DNA of 64,000 nucleotides from a virus (taxonomy: Duplodnaviria > Heunggongvirae > Uroviricota > Caudoviricetes). The notes under the pieces were generated by a model. It saw only the letters and a list, made by a program, of their open reading frames with translations, searched no databases and was not told the DNA's origin. Made by a program: the position numbers and the translations under genes. The stretch lies in IMG/VR virus record IMGVR_UViG_3300031998_000026, positions 51,528-115,527 of that record. One strand, written 5' to 3'. Numbering within the stretch: the first letter of the stretch is position 1; the number at the start of each line of letters is the position of its first letter. Of the stretch, positions 29,924 through 39,450 are shown in pieces.

Positions 29924-31017
29924 CCGAGAGCTTCGATGGCGCGATGGCGTTCGCACGAGCGATTGTGGCCGACTGTGACGCACCAATACTCGACCGCCTG
30001 CAAAGGGCGCACGAGCACGAGATGGAGCAGCTTCGCCGCTTGCGGTTTCGCGAGGGGTACGAGGCTGGGCAGAGGTCGATGGACGCGGAGCACTACGCCG
30101 TCGCGCTAAGGCTCAAGCACCTGCCGTTGGACGAGGACAGCCACGGCAATCTTTCGCAAATCGCACGGGCGGTATGGCACAGCGACTTCGGCTGGACGAG
30201 GGGAGCGTGCGAGGCGCTGCGAGACGAGCTGGTACGACTGTTGGGAGGCGTCCATGACGATCCTGCACCGACTGCTGCAACTTGCGGCGCTTGCGATGCT
30301 GATTGCGATTGTCATAACCAGCAGCCGAAAGCCGTAGCGCATGACGTGCTTGGCAACGAACGGCACAAGGCGGTGTGCGAGCTGAGGAACGCAAGAGACA
30401 GCATGAGCGACAACTTTGCAGACAACGTATCAAGAATCATGTATGCCATCGACGCGAGGCCGAAGGTTTGCGAACGTGCTTGCGAGGCAATCGCCGACCG
30501 TCTCATTCACCTTCTCGGAGGGGACGAGCCTGCGGAGTCACTTATCGAAACCTTGGTCAAAAACACCGAAGAGCTGAGCAGGCAGGGCAAAGTCAGGTTC
30601 CCGCCGAACGCGGATGGAAGCCTAGACAGCCTGAAAACCGTGGAAGAGACGGCGGCGCTCATAGATGAGGTGAAGATGCGAGCCGACCAGTCCCACGAGT
30701 CAAGTCCCATGAGACAAGAAAATGAGACTGGAATCACCGACGAGCTGCGGAAGTGGGCGAGTACGGAGGTGCCGTACAAATACGGTCACCAGCTCCACGC
30801 CATTGCCGACCGCATAGACGCCCAGTTCAAACGCATCTGCTGGCAGCAGGAGGCCGTGCTGCAACATACCATAGACACAATGGTGGACGAGCGCGACGAG
30901 CTGCAAAGGGAGCGCGACGAGCTGCGAACCGAGCTTGAGGACACGCGTGCCGCCCTGAGGCTGCAATTCATAGCGGATCGCGAGGCCGTGCGCAGGATAG
31001 GGGCGCTGCATGGGTAG
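29920..31017 (+). CDS. Hypothetical coiled-coil protein
   Basis: 365 aa. Confidence 0.45.
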   Translation: MTESFDGAMAFARAIVADCDAPILDRLQRAHEHEMEQLRRLRFREGYEAGQRSMDAEHYAVALRLKHLPLDEDSHGNLSQIARAVWHSDFGWTRGACEALRDELVRLLGGVHDDPAPTAATCGACDADCDCHNQQPKAVAHDVLGNERHKAVCELRNARDSMSDNFADNVSRIMYAIDARPKVCERACEAIADRLIHLLGGDEPAESLIETLVKNTEELSRQGKVRFPPNADGSLDSLKTVEETAALIDEVKMRADQSHESSPMRQENETGITDELRKWASTEVPYKYGHQLHAIADRIDAQFKRICWQQEAVLQHTIDTMVDERDELQRERDELRTELEDTRAALRLQFIADREAVRRIGALHG

Positions 31018-31306
31018 CCGAAGGCCATGGACCGAGCCCGAGGTCGATGCGCTCGAGCGCAACTACAAGAGGTACGGCGGCGACGTCGACGCGTGGGACG
31101 AGCGGATCGACAGGACGCGCAGGGCGGTCGTCTCGAAGGCGGAGAAGCTCGGCCTCGCATGCCCGTCCCGTCGCGGCAGCTCGCTCGAAATGGCTGACCA
31201 GCGGCGGCTCGAGTACGTGGTAAACGAGCTGTGCGGGAGGCTCGGCGTGTCCAGGAGGCAGCTCGCAAGAGAGGTCGCGCTCATCGCGGCAAGGGCCGGA
31301 CGATGA
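31010..31306 (+). CDS. Hypothetical protein
   Basis: 98 aa. Confidence 0.4.
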   Translation: MGSRRPWTEPEVDALERNYKRYGGDVDAWDERIDRTRRAVVSKAEKLGLACPSRRGSSLEMADQRRLEYVVNELCGRLGVSRRQLAREVALIAARAGR

Positions 31307-31554
31307 GCGCATGGTACAGGGAATGCGACCATGTTGCGTCCGTCATGGGCAAGAGCGTCGTGTTCGCCAACATCGAGTACCCGTCCGACGAGCCTCCGGA
31401 CGAGATAGTGATCCGCGGCGTGCGGTACGTGCGCGAGGTCGAGCCGAGGGGCAGGCACATGAGGGAAGAGAGAGGGGCGTATATGCCCCTCCTTTCGGTT
31501 AGGGAAGAAGCCGAGATGGGAGAGGGGCATATATCTGCCCCTCCTTTCTGTTAG
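31303..31554 (+). CDS. Hypothetical protein; its 3' end carries two tandem 50-bp hairpin repeats
   Basis: 83 aa; the last ~85 nt contain the tandem hairpins. Confidence 0.35.
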   Translation: MSAWYRECDHVASVMGKSVVFANIEYPSDEPPDEIVIRGVRYVREVEPRGRHMREERGAYMPLLSVREEAEMGEGHISAPPFC

Positions 31555-31556
31555 GA
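31469..31556 (+). repeat. Tandem ~50-bp direct repeat, each copy with an AGGGGC-ATAT-GCCCCT hairpin followed by CCTTTCxGTTAGG
   Basis: gagaggggcgtatatgcccctcctttcggttagg and gagaggggcatatatctgcccctcctttctgttagg. Confidence 0.6.
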
Positions 31557-31568
31557 AGGAACAAGCAG

Positions 31569-32501
31569 ATGGTCTTTTTCGTAATAGCGGTGATATGCGT
31601 CGTGCTGGCAATCGCGATAGTCGCGAGGGGAGGTGTGATGTTCGACGAAGTCTCCAACGAACCCGCGTACGGCCGCGGAGTGGCGGTCGTGCCGCTCGTG
31701 ATCGCTGCGGTGACCCTGGCGATATCCATGGTCTACGCTCAGGACGCCGGCGAGGTGTGCGTGAGGATAAACATGGGCGGGTCGCTTGACGGGTACTCCG
31801 AGGAGGCGGGCTTCCACGTCAAGGCCCCGTGGCAGAGCGTCGTGAGCTATGACGTGCGAAACAACCTCATCAACCTCTACAGGGAGACGGAGTACACATA
31901 TGACGGTGGCGCGGCTCAGGGGTCGTGCGTCACGGTCAACGACAAGGGCGGCGCGTCGGCCGACATAGACCTCCAAGTAGTCTACTCGCTCGACGGCGAC
32001 TCCGCGCTCGCGCTATACCGAGACTACGGCACACAGGAGAAGTTCACGTCAGACGTGATCCTCAACGACGTGCGTGCCGTGGCGCGCGAGGTGGCCGGGC
32101 AGTACGACACGATTACGCTGCTCACCAACAGGGGCGAGTTCACCAAGGGCATGCGCGACGCCCTCACGAGGAGATGGGACGAAATGGGCCTCAACGTCGA
32201 GCAGGTGTCGATTCAGGACGTCCGTTACGCCGACTCCATCAAGCAGAAGTACGCCGAGGCGCAGGCCGCAGAGGTGGCGAAGTCGAAGGCGCTCAACGAC
32301 CAGGAGACGGCCAAGGTCGTCGCGAACACCAAGAAGATAGAGGCGCAGGGCGAGGCGGACGCGAACAGGGTCCTCACCGAGTCGCTCACCCCAGAGGTCA
32401 TACAGCAGCGCTACATCGACACGCTCAGGGAGATAGGCAAGTCAGGCAACCTCGTGGTGGTGCCCGAGGGGTCGACGCCCATGGTGAACGTTTCGAAGTA
32501 A
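31569..32501 (+). CDS. SPFH/Band-7 (stomatin/prohibitin/HflKC-like) membrane protein
   Basis: N-terminal TM helix, SPFH core, C-terminal coiled coil AEAQAAEVAKSKALNDQETAKVVANTKKIEAQGEADANRVL. Confidence 0.65.
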   Translation: MVFFVIAVICVVLAIAIVARGGVMFDEVSNEPAYGRGVAVVPLVIAAVTLAISMVYAQDAGEVCVRINMGGSLDGYSEEAGFHVKAPWQSVVSYDVRNNLINLYRETEYTYDGGAAQGSCVTVNDKGGASADIDLQVVYSLDGDSALALYRDYGTQEKFTSDVILNDVRAVAREVAGQYDTITLLTNRGEFTKGMRDALTRRWDEMGLNVEQVSIQDVRYADSIKQKYAEAQAAEVAKSKALNDQETAKVVANTKKIEAQGEADANRVLTESLTPEVIQQRYIDTLREIGKSGNLVVVPEGSTPMVNVSK

Positions 32502-32713
32502 TGGGCATCGACTACAAGGCCATCTTCTCGCGCGAGCTGGAGAAGATAGTCATGGAGACGCTGGAAGAGCACGGCATCGAGTACATATACGAGGACGAGC
32601 TGAACGAGATAGTCACCGACATCACGCTCGCAGAGTACTGGCCGTGCATACAGGAGCTCAGGCGGACGTACAAGATGCCGAGGGCGACGGACGGCATCCG
32701 GTTCAGGTGGTAG
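32501..32713 (+). CDS. Hypothetical small protein
   Basis: 70 aa; ATG overlaps the upstream TAA. Confidence 0.35.
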   Translation: MGIDYKAIFSRELEKIVMETLEEHGIEYIYEDELNEIVTDITLAEYWPCIQELRRTYKMPRATDGIRFRW

Positions 32714-32719
32714 GAGGGA

Positions 32720-32986
32720 GTGATTGCGATGATGATGGACAGGCTGTTCGACATACCGGCCGTCGCGCAGGAGCGCGGCTGCGGGACGTGCGCACATGCC
32801 GCGCAGAGGCACGGGACGCATGCGAGGGGGACGTATCCGCTCGTGTGCCTCGTCATGGCGTGCCCCGTGAGCGCGAGCTACGAGGGCATGGCAGGCAGGA
32901 AGGCGACGGACTGGCCGTGCAAGGCGGACTTCGACGACCTCGGGCCGTTCCCGAGGGGATGGGAGCCGCGCGATGGTCAGTCTTAG
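32720..32986 (+). CDS. Hypothetical Cys-rich protein
   Basis: 88 aa. Confidence 0.35.
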   Translation: MIAMMMDRLFDIPAVAQERGCGTCAHAAQRHGTHARGTYPLVCLVMACPVSASYEGMAGRKATDWPCKADFDDLGPFPRGWEPRDGQS

Positions 32987-33155
32987 GAACTGCTCCGGAT
33001 GCGAGTACCTCGTGGTCGACGAGGACGGCATGAGGTGCGCGTTCGTGGGGCTGTGCGTCTACAAGAAGGAGTTCGGCAGGCCGTACGGGTACAGGACCCC
33101 GGAGGACAAGATGCCCAAGCCCGAGAGGAGGGACGATGCCGGAGGACGAGGTTAG
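32973..33155 (+). CDS. Hypothetical small Cys-rich protein
   Basis: 60 aa. Confidence 0.3.
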   Translation: MVSLRNCSGCEYLVVDEDGMRCAFVGLCVYKKEFGRPYGYRTPEDKMPKPERRDDAGGRG

Positions 33156-33561
33156 ACGGCCGCTGCTGTTCGGCATGTCCAACGGCGGCGAGTTCGAGCC
33201 GGTCTGCGAGATATCCGATACGTCCCCTTTGTCTAGCGACACGGATGACGGGCCGTACTACGACCCCAGCGTCTTCGACGAGCTCTCGGCCACGGTCGAG
33301 GTCGGCCTCGAGGAGTACGGCGACGCGCTCGCCAAGCTGGGCACGGTGTTCCACGCCACAGGCAGTCAGATACAGCTCATGTTCGATCGCATCGTCCGCG
33401 CGCCGAGGTTCTGGTACATATGGCAGTACAAGTCGCACCCGAAGGGCAGGGGCAGGCGTCGCAGAAGGCCGTCCTGGATGAGGGTGAAGACGGTGCTGCA
33501 CGACGTGGAGGTGGAGTCGAGCGGAGACATCGCGACGTTCAGGGCGGTGATGCCAAGATGA
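33136..33561 (+). CDS. Hypothetical protein
   Basis: 141 aa. Confidence 0.4.
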   Translation: MPEDEVRRPLLFGMSNGGEFEPVCEISDTSPLSSDTDDGPYYDPSVFDELSATVEVGLEEYGDALAKLGTVFHATGSQIQLMFDRIVRAPRFWYIWQYKSHPKGRGRRRRRPSWMRVKTVLHDVEVESSGDIATFRAVMPR

Positions 33562-33908
33562 GCGGCAGGAGGGTGTGCGTCACCGGCGGGCGCGACTTCG
33601 ATGATGCCGCCCTCGTCCGCAAGGCTTTCGACGAGATCGGGCTGCGTGGCGGTGACACCCTCGTGCACGGCTGCTGCAGGGGAGCCGACCTGCTGTGCGA
33701 CCGCATAGCCCGCAACGAGTACGGAGCACGCAGCGAGGCGCACCCTGCCGACTGGTACAGGCACGGAAAGGCCGCAGGGCCAATCAGGAACCGGGAGATG
33801 CTGGGGTCAGGCATCGACGTGCTGCTGGCGTTTCCCGGCGGAAGGGGCACCGAGAACTGCGTTGCCACTGCAATTAGGATGGAAATCGAGGTGAAGAGGT
33901 ATGGATAG
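33558..33908 (+). CDS. SLOG-family / DUF2493-like protein (LOG/DprA-like Rossmann fold)
   Basis: CVTGGRDFDD...VHGCCRGADL...GPIRNREML...AFPGGRGTE. Confidence 0.5.
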   Translation: MSGRRVCVTGGRDFDDAALVRKAFDEIGLRGGDTLVHGCCRGADLLCDRIARNEYGARSEAHPADWYRHGKAAGPIRNREMLGSGIDVLLAFPGGRGTENCVATAIRMEIEVKRYG

Positions 33909-34527
33909 TGCTAACTATGGAACGAGCGGCATCCAAAGGCTCAGGAACATGTCACACGAGTTCGACGGTATGTACGATGGCGGCGACAACAGGAGCTTAG
34001 GATACAGGCTCAGGAGCCTCATATGTGACGTCGAGCGCGAGCTTAGGGAGTCGACGGACTTCTGCAAGAGGGTGGAGCTCGCGGCCTCGAAGGGTGTCGA
34101 CGTCACCCTGTTCGGGGCGGAGTACACGCCTTACCCGAAGGGCAAGGACGGGCAGCCCATACTCCTGGGCCAGAAGGTGTACGGCGAGGACGGCCGCGAG
34201 TGGACAGTATTGCGGATCATAATCGGCAAGCGCCACTGCGTCGTGGGCAACGACGGCTCCGAGACCAAGGAGATGCTGCCGGAGTGGCTTACCCATGAAA
34301 GGCCGGAGACGGCGCGCACGGTGGTGTCGGAGCTTGTCGAGGAGGCGTGGAATGCGTTCTGCCGAGGAGTCACGCTGTCCGAGCTGGAGGTCAAGGGGGC
34401 GTTCGACGGGTATGCCGATAGGCTCGAGCTCAAGAGGCCGTGCGCGTGCGAGTCGACTGGCGTGGTCGCCGACGGCAGGTACGTCGGCAACAGGTGGTTG
34501 GACATGGACGAGGAGGTACGGGCATGA
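33901..34527 (+). CDS. Hypothetical protein
   Basis: 208 aa. Confidence 0.45.
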   Translation: MDSANYGTSGIQRLRNMSHEFDGMYDGGDNRSLGYRLRSLICDVERELRESTDFCKRVELAASKGVDVTLFGAEYTPYPKGKDGQPILLGQKVYGEDGREWTVLRIIIGKRHCVVGNDGSETKEMLPEWLTHERPETARTVVSELVEEAWNAFCRGVTLSELEVKGAFDGYADRLELKRPCACESTGVVADGRYVGNRWLDMDEEVRA

Positions 34528-34685
34528 TCGCCGCGCTCTTTGATGTCGTGGGGGCGATTGCGGCCGTTGGCCTCGGTGTGGTGGTCATCACGCTGATGTG
34601 CGCGTTGGTGCTTTTCTTCGCGACGGTCATACGTGACATGTGGCACGAACTTATGCGCCACGACAAAGGAGGAGGACACCTATGA
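34524..34685 (+). CDS. Small membrane peptide
   Basis: MIAALFDVVGAIAAVGLGVVVITLMCALVLFFATVI. Confidence 0.3.
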   Translation: MIAALFDVVGAIAAVGLGVVVITLMCALVLFFATVIRDMWHELMRHDKGGGHL

Positions 34686-34984
34686 CACCGTGCCCCCAGA
34701 CGACCGAGCTCAGGGAGGGCCTGGACAGGCTCGGGATACCGTACGAGACGAGCGACGCCGAGGGGTGGGTCGACCTGGACGAGTGGACGGAGGTGTTCGC
34801 CCACCACGAGCAGACGGACTTCATCCACGGCGACAGGATATACACGGTGACCTACCATTGGGACAGGGATGCCGACGAGCGCAAGATGGGGCGCTCGCTC
34901 GGATGGCCTGCATTCATGGAGTGCGAGGTCGACGGCATGTCCAAGATGGTGGAGGCGTGGGAGCTCCTCGAGGAACTCGGGTAG
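34682..34984 (+). CDS. Hypothetical protein
   Basis: 100 aa. Confidence 0.4.
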   Translation: MTPCPQTTELREGLDRLGIPYETSDAEGWVDLDEWTEVFAHHEQTDFIHGDRIYTVTYHWDRDADERKMGRSLGWPAFMECEVDGMSKMVEAWELLEELG

Positions 34985-35173
34985 ACGAACAAATTTACTG
35001 GTTCTCGCGCACGTTGCGAACGCGTGTGCTACACTTGAAGAACACTGATGCGCCGTAGTATCGAGCATGGTAGTAGCACAGTCGTGCGACTTGGTACGCC
35101 TTTTTGCCATCAGGACTATCCGTTTTTCCAGCGACGAATGCGCCGCTGGATAGTCCTGCGAAAGGCGTGCCTT

Positions 35174-35890
35174 ATGTCAGACAATAGTGTTGTCAACCAT
35201 GGTGGTGTTGACTATAGAAGGGTTATGCGTGGTGGTTACTTCGTCTTGCATCCCATAGACGGAGAGCGTACGGATTACAGCGTGTCGATACCTGAGCATA
35301 GACTTGTTTATGAAATTGCCCATAACAAAAAATTGCCAAGCGACGTACAGGTCCATCATCTCAACCACGACAAATTGGATAATCGAGTCGCTAATCTGAT
35401 AGCAGTTACTCGCGAGGATCATATGCGCATACATGCATATGAGAACAATCATGTCGATCGCATAACTCGGAAGAGGCGTACTGACGACATACTTGCTAAC
35501 CTTGCGACATATGACGGGCAGATATATTACAGGAGGCTCAGGGACGGAAAATACGTGCTCTCACCGATTGTTGACGGGCATATCGATTTTGAAAAGACTG
35601 TATATGAGCACAGACTTGTCTACGAACTCGCCAACGGAATAGAGCTTGACGCAACGACGCGCATAACGCATATCAATGGTGACGATACAGACAATCGAAT
35701 CGAAAACCTCTCAGTTGACAAAACGCATTTTTCGCGGCCAAGCAAAGATGAGCTTAAAGGCTTGATTAAGGGATACACTGACCGCGAAATTGCTGAGAGG
35801 TTCGGGGTACGTAGGCATACCGTATACAAATGGAGAAGGTTCTATGGCTTTCCTCCTGAGAATGGCTATAGGAATACGAACGAGAAGTAG
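35174..35890 (+). CDS. Tandem double-HNH endonuclease with C-terminal HTH (homing-endonuclease-like)
   Basis: Two HNH_3-type motifs EHRLVYEIA...VHHLNHDKLDNRVANL and EHRLVYELANG...ITHINGDDTDNRIENL; C-terminal GYTDREIAERFGVRRHTVYKW. Confidence 0.7.
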   Translation: MSDNSVVNHGGVDYRRVMRGGYFVLHPIDGERTDYSVSIPEHRLVYEIAHNKKLPSDVQVHHLNHDKLDNRVANLIAVTREDHMRIHAYENNHVDRITRKRRTDDILANLATYDGQIYYRRLRDGKYVLSPIVDGHIDFEKTVYEHRLVYELANGIELDATTRITHINGDDTDNRIENLSVDKTHFSRPSKDELKGLIKGYTDREIAERFGVRRHTVYKWRRFYGFPPENGYRNTNEK

Positions 35891-35932
35891 TTTTAAGGCG
35901 TCCAACGTCTTGATAATAACGGATGTGATGCA

Positions 35933-37033
35933 ATGCAAGACTTGAAGATATACGCCAAGAACCTCGAGCGGGCGGCTCGGGAGCAGATAGACACGCTCGC
36001 GAGCCTGCCCGCCTTCGAGGGGGCGAAGATAAGGATTATGCCCGACGCGCACGCCGGAGCGGGATGCGTCATAGGGTTCACCGCCGACCTCGGCGACAAG
36101 GTGGTCGCGAACCTGGTGGGGGTAGACATCGGCTGCGGGATGCTCACGGTCAAGCTGGACGGGCGCGTGGACTTCGAGCGTCTCGACAAGGTGATCCGCA
36201 AGGTCGTGCCGAACGGCTTCGGAGTGCACGGCAGGCCGACGTGCGACGTGGCGTCCCTCGGCCTCAGGTGCTTCGACAGCCTCAAGAAGGTGGAGCACCT
36301 CGACAGGTCGATGGGGACACTCGGCGGAGGGAACCACTTCGTCGCTGTCGACGAGGACGCCGATGGCAACCAATACCTCATCATCCACACGGGCTCGCGC
36401 AACCTCGGGCTGCAGGTGGCAAACATCTACCAACGGCTCGGCGAGGAGACGTGCGACGCCGACGTGCCGAGGGACCTCAAGTGGCTTGACGGACAGGATG
36501 CCGATGACTACATGCACGACATGAGGATATGCCAGAGGTGGGCGTGGGAGAACCGCGAGGCCATAGCGAAGGCCATCCTCGTCGGAATCAGGTCGGATGC
36601 AGATGACGAGTTCCAGACCGTCCACAACTACATCGGAGACGACAACGTCATACGAAAGGGAGCCATATCCGCAAAGGGCGGCGAGCGCGTGCTCATACCG
36701 CTCAACATGCGTGACGGCTGCCTAGTCTGCACGGGGCTTGGCAACGTTGACTGGAACGAGTCGGCCCCGCACGGAGCAGGGCGCACCATGAGTCGCAGGA
36801 AAGCCAAGGAGACGCTCGATGTCGAGGACTTCAAGGCCCAGATGCAGGGCGTGTATTCCACGACGATATGCGAGGCGACGCTTGACGAGGCGCCGGACGC
36901 GTACAAGCCCGCACGGGACATCATCGACGCAATAGACGGCGTGACCGTCACCGTCGACGAGCACCTGCGGGAGGTCTACAACTTCAAGAGCACCGACGAG
37001 TCAGGCTGGCGAAGGAGGAAGAAACGCTCTTGA
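35933..37033 (+). CDS. rtcB: RtcB-family RNA 3'-phosphate/5'-OH ligase
   Basis: MPDAHAGAGCVIGF, GTLGGGNHF, HGAGR motifs. Confidence 0.8.
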   Translation: MQDLKIYAKNLERAAREQIDTLASLPAFEGAKIRIMPDAHAGAGCVIGFTADLGDKVVANLVGVDIGCGMLTVKLDGRVDFERLDKVIRKVVPNGFGVHGRPTCDVASLGLRCFDSLKKVEHLDRSMGTLGGGNHFVAVDEDADGNQYLIIHTGSRNLGLQVANIYQRLGEETCDADVPRDLKWLDGQDADDYMHDMRICQRWAWENREAIAKAILVGIRSDADDEFQTVHNYIGDDNVIRKGAISAKGGERVLIPLNMRDGCLVCTGLGNVDWNESAPHGAGRTMSRRKAKETLDVEDFKAQMQGVYSTTICEATLDEAPDAYKPARDIIDAIDGVTVTVDEHLREVYNFKSTDESGWRRRKKRS

Positions 37034-37086
37034 CATAGCGACACCATCGGGCGGTCTTCGGGCCGCCCGTTTCGATTGGGGGATGC

Positions 37087-37323
37087 ATGCGATTAGGCAA
37101 CAAGGACGTCCACATATCCGACGTCTCCCCGACCCTGCATCACGGCATAGAGTCCGAGTGCGAGCACGGGCACGTGTGGTACTCCACGGTCAGGGTGTAC
37201 TGCATAGACGACGGCGAGCACAGGCGATGGCTCGCGACTTGCCCCGTGTGCAGGCGGCAGACGGAGACGTGCGCGACTTACCAGGAGCCATTGGAAAGGG
37301 CGGCGATGGAGTGGTGGACATAG
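37087..37323 (+). CDS. Small Zn-ribbon protein
   Basis: CEHGH...CPVCRRQ. Confidence 0.35.
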   Translation: MRLGNKDVHISDVSPTLHHGIESECEHGHVWYSTVRVYCIDDGEHRRWLATCPVCRRQTETCATYQEPLERAAMEWWT

Positions 37324-37385
37324 GCACTATAGCTAGCAACATCATAGGGCGGCCTTCGGGCCACCGCTTTTTCTAAGGAGGGACA

Positions 37386-38504
37386 ATGAATCCGAATCGC
37401 AAGATGGCGACGATGAGGAAGGTGGACGCGATTACGCCCATCGACGGCGCAGACAGGATAGAGTGCGCGCACATCGGTGGATGGACGTGCGTCGTGGGCA
37501 AGGGGGACTTCGGACCCGGCGACCTCTGCGTGTACTACGAGGTCGACTCATTTTTGCCCACATCGGACCCGAGGTACGCGCAGTTCGCCGAGCGTGGCGA
37601 GAAGGTCATGACCATAAACGGCAACCCAACGAGAGGCCACGTGCTCAGGACAATCAAGCTCAGGGGCCAGATAAGCCAGGGCCTGCTGATGAGGCCACGG
37701 GACGTGCTGCCAGAGTCCGTTCCCGAGCATGCCTATCGGCTCATGTACGAGCGCAGGGCGAGGCTCGACGGCATATGCGGCGTGCGCGAGTACCACCCCG
37801 ACCAGAACTCACTTGCCGCCGGGTTCATAGGGAAGTACGACCCATACGTGGCACCCAGGACGGGATGCGAGCGCATCCAGAACATAGACCAGGACGTGTT
37901 CGACCTAATCAAGCGGTGCGTCTACTTCACGAGCGTGAAGGTGGACGGCACGAGCATAACGCTTGTCAACGACTCCCGACACGGCCGCATAAGGGCGTTC
38001 TCGCACAACAACGAGTTCGACGTGGGCGAGGGCCAGGGCAAGCTGGTCATGGAGACTGCAGCGCGGCAATGTCTCGACGTGTTCCTCGACGAGAACCCGG
38101 ACATAGCCATACAAGCCGAGCTATGCGGCCCAAAAATCGGGGGCAACACGCTCAGACTCAATGACTACAAGCTGTTTGTGTTCTCCATGTGGGACATGGT
38201 CGGCAGGCGATACCTGAACCCGTATCTGACGTACAGCCATGCCATAGCGAACTCGACGACTCCATGTCTCGACCTCGACCTCGACCAGTTCGACATGCCG
38301 CAGGACCTCATCGAGTGGACGAACTCCCTTCGCGGGTCGGTCACGAAGGATGCGCTCGACGAGGGGATAGTCGTGCACGTCATGGACACGGGCGACCTGT
38401 CAAAGGACGAGCAGACGATGCTTCGCAATGTGCTGGGCGAGCAGATGCAGATGAAGAGCGTCTCGGCGGCGTTCCTGCTCAAGAAGGCGAAGAAGGCCAT
38501 ATAG
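37386..38504 (+). CDS. ATP-dependent RNA ligase (covalent nucleotidyltransferase superfamily)
   Basis: Motif I KVDGTS (adenylation lysine), motif IV-like EGIVVHV; adjacent to rtcB. Confidence 0.6.
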   Translation: MNPNRKMATMRKVDAITPIDGADRIECAHIGGWTCVVGKGDFGPGDLCVYYEVDSFLPTSDPRYAQFAERGEKVMTINGNPTRGHVLRTIKLRGQISQGLLMRPRDVLPESVPEHAYRLMYERRARLDGICGVREYHPDQNSLAAGFIGKYDPYVAPRTGCERIQNIDQDVFDLIKRCVYFTSVKVDGTSITLVNDSRHGRIRAFSHNNEFDVGEGQGKLVMETAARQCLDVFLDENPDIAIQAELCGPKIGGNTLRLNDYKLFVFSMWDMVGRRYLNPYLTYSHAIANSTTPCLDLDLDQFDMPQDLIEWTNSLRGSVTKDALDEGIVVHVMDTGDLSKDEQTMLRNVLGEQMQMKSVSAAFLLKKAKKAI

Positions 38505-38586
38505 CTAACGACATTACGGCGGCCTTCGGGCCGCCGATTCTTTAAGGAGGATGGCATGAACGAGAAACGCAGCGGAGGATTGAGGG

Positions 38587-39450
38587 ATGCCTAGGAAACC
38601 TATAGACGTATCTGGACAACGTTTTGGGATGCTTGTAGCCAAGGAATACATAGGACTTGGAAACTGGATATGCGAGTGCGACTGCGGCAATGAGACTGTC
38701 GCTCGCAGCACTGCGCTCATAGGCGGAAAAAGGCTTTCATGCGGATGCAATCATCAAGAAGCGCTTCGGCGCGCAAGAGTTGACAGAACCGGGAAGCGAT
38801 ACGGGAGACTCACAGCCATCAGACATGTCGGAAAGCAGAACTGGCTGTGTCGATGCGATTGTGGCAAAGATGTAGTGGTAGATGGAAGAAACCTAACGTG
38901 CGGACACACGAAGTCATGCGGATGTCTAAAGCTCGAAAAATCAAAAGAGCTCAATAGAACACACGGATGTTCAAAGAGTAGGCTCTATCGCGTATGGAAA
39001 GGCATGCGAAAGAGATGCCTAAACAAAAGCGAACCGGCTTATAAGAACTATGGCGGCAGAGGAATCAAGATATGCGATGAGTGGCTTGACGACTATCAAG
39101 CGTTCCGCAATTGGGCCATGGAGCACGGGTATGACGAAAACGCACCCTATGGAGAGTGCACTATCGACAGGATTGACGTAAACGGCAATTACGAGCCAAG
39201 CAATTGCCGGTTCATAACTCTTGGCGAGCAATCGAGAAATACCAGACATTGCAGACAGGTTGAGGTGGTCGACTCTAACAACGACGTCATCGCAACATAT
39301 GGCACGGTCACTGAAGCAGCCGAACGCACAGGCATAAGCAAGTCGTCAATCTATCGAACATGCACTGGCAGACAAAAGAGCACACACGGACTGCGAATGC
39401 GATATAGATCCCGCATTCATGCTCAAGAAGTCGAAGAAGGGATAGGATAA
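38587..39450 (+). CDS. HNH/NUMOD-type homing-endonuclease-like protein (paralog 3 of 3)
   Basis: QRFGMLVAKEYIGLGNWICECDCGNE..., YKNYGGRGIKICDEW, IDRIDVNGNYEPSNCRF, C-terminal YGTVTEAAERTG. Confidence 0.6.
   Translation: MPRKPIDVSGQRFGMLVAKEYIGLGNWICECDCGNETVARSTALIGGKRLSCGCNHQEALRRARVDRTGKRYGRLTAIRHVGKQNWLCRCDCGKDVVVDGRNLTCGHTKSCGCLKLEKSKELNRTHGCSKSRLYRVWKGMRKRCLNKSEPAYKNYGGRGIKICDEWLDDYQAFRNWAMEHGYDENAPYGECTIDRIDVNGNYEPSNCRFITLGEQSRNTRHCRQVEVVDSNNDVIATYGTVTEAAERTGISKSSIYRTCTGRQKSTHGLRMRYRSRIHAQEVEEGIG

Noticed and set aside
35711-36625. 304-aa minus-strand ORF
   Set aside because: Antisense of rtcB.
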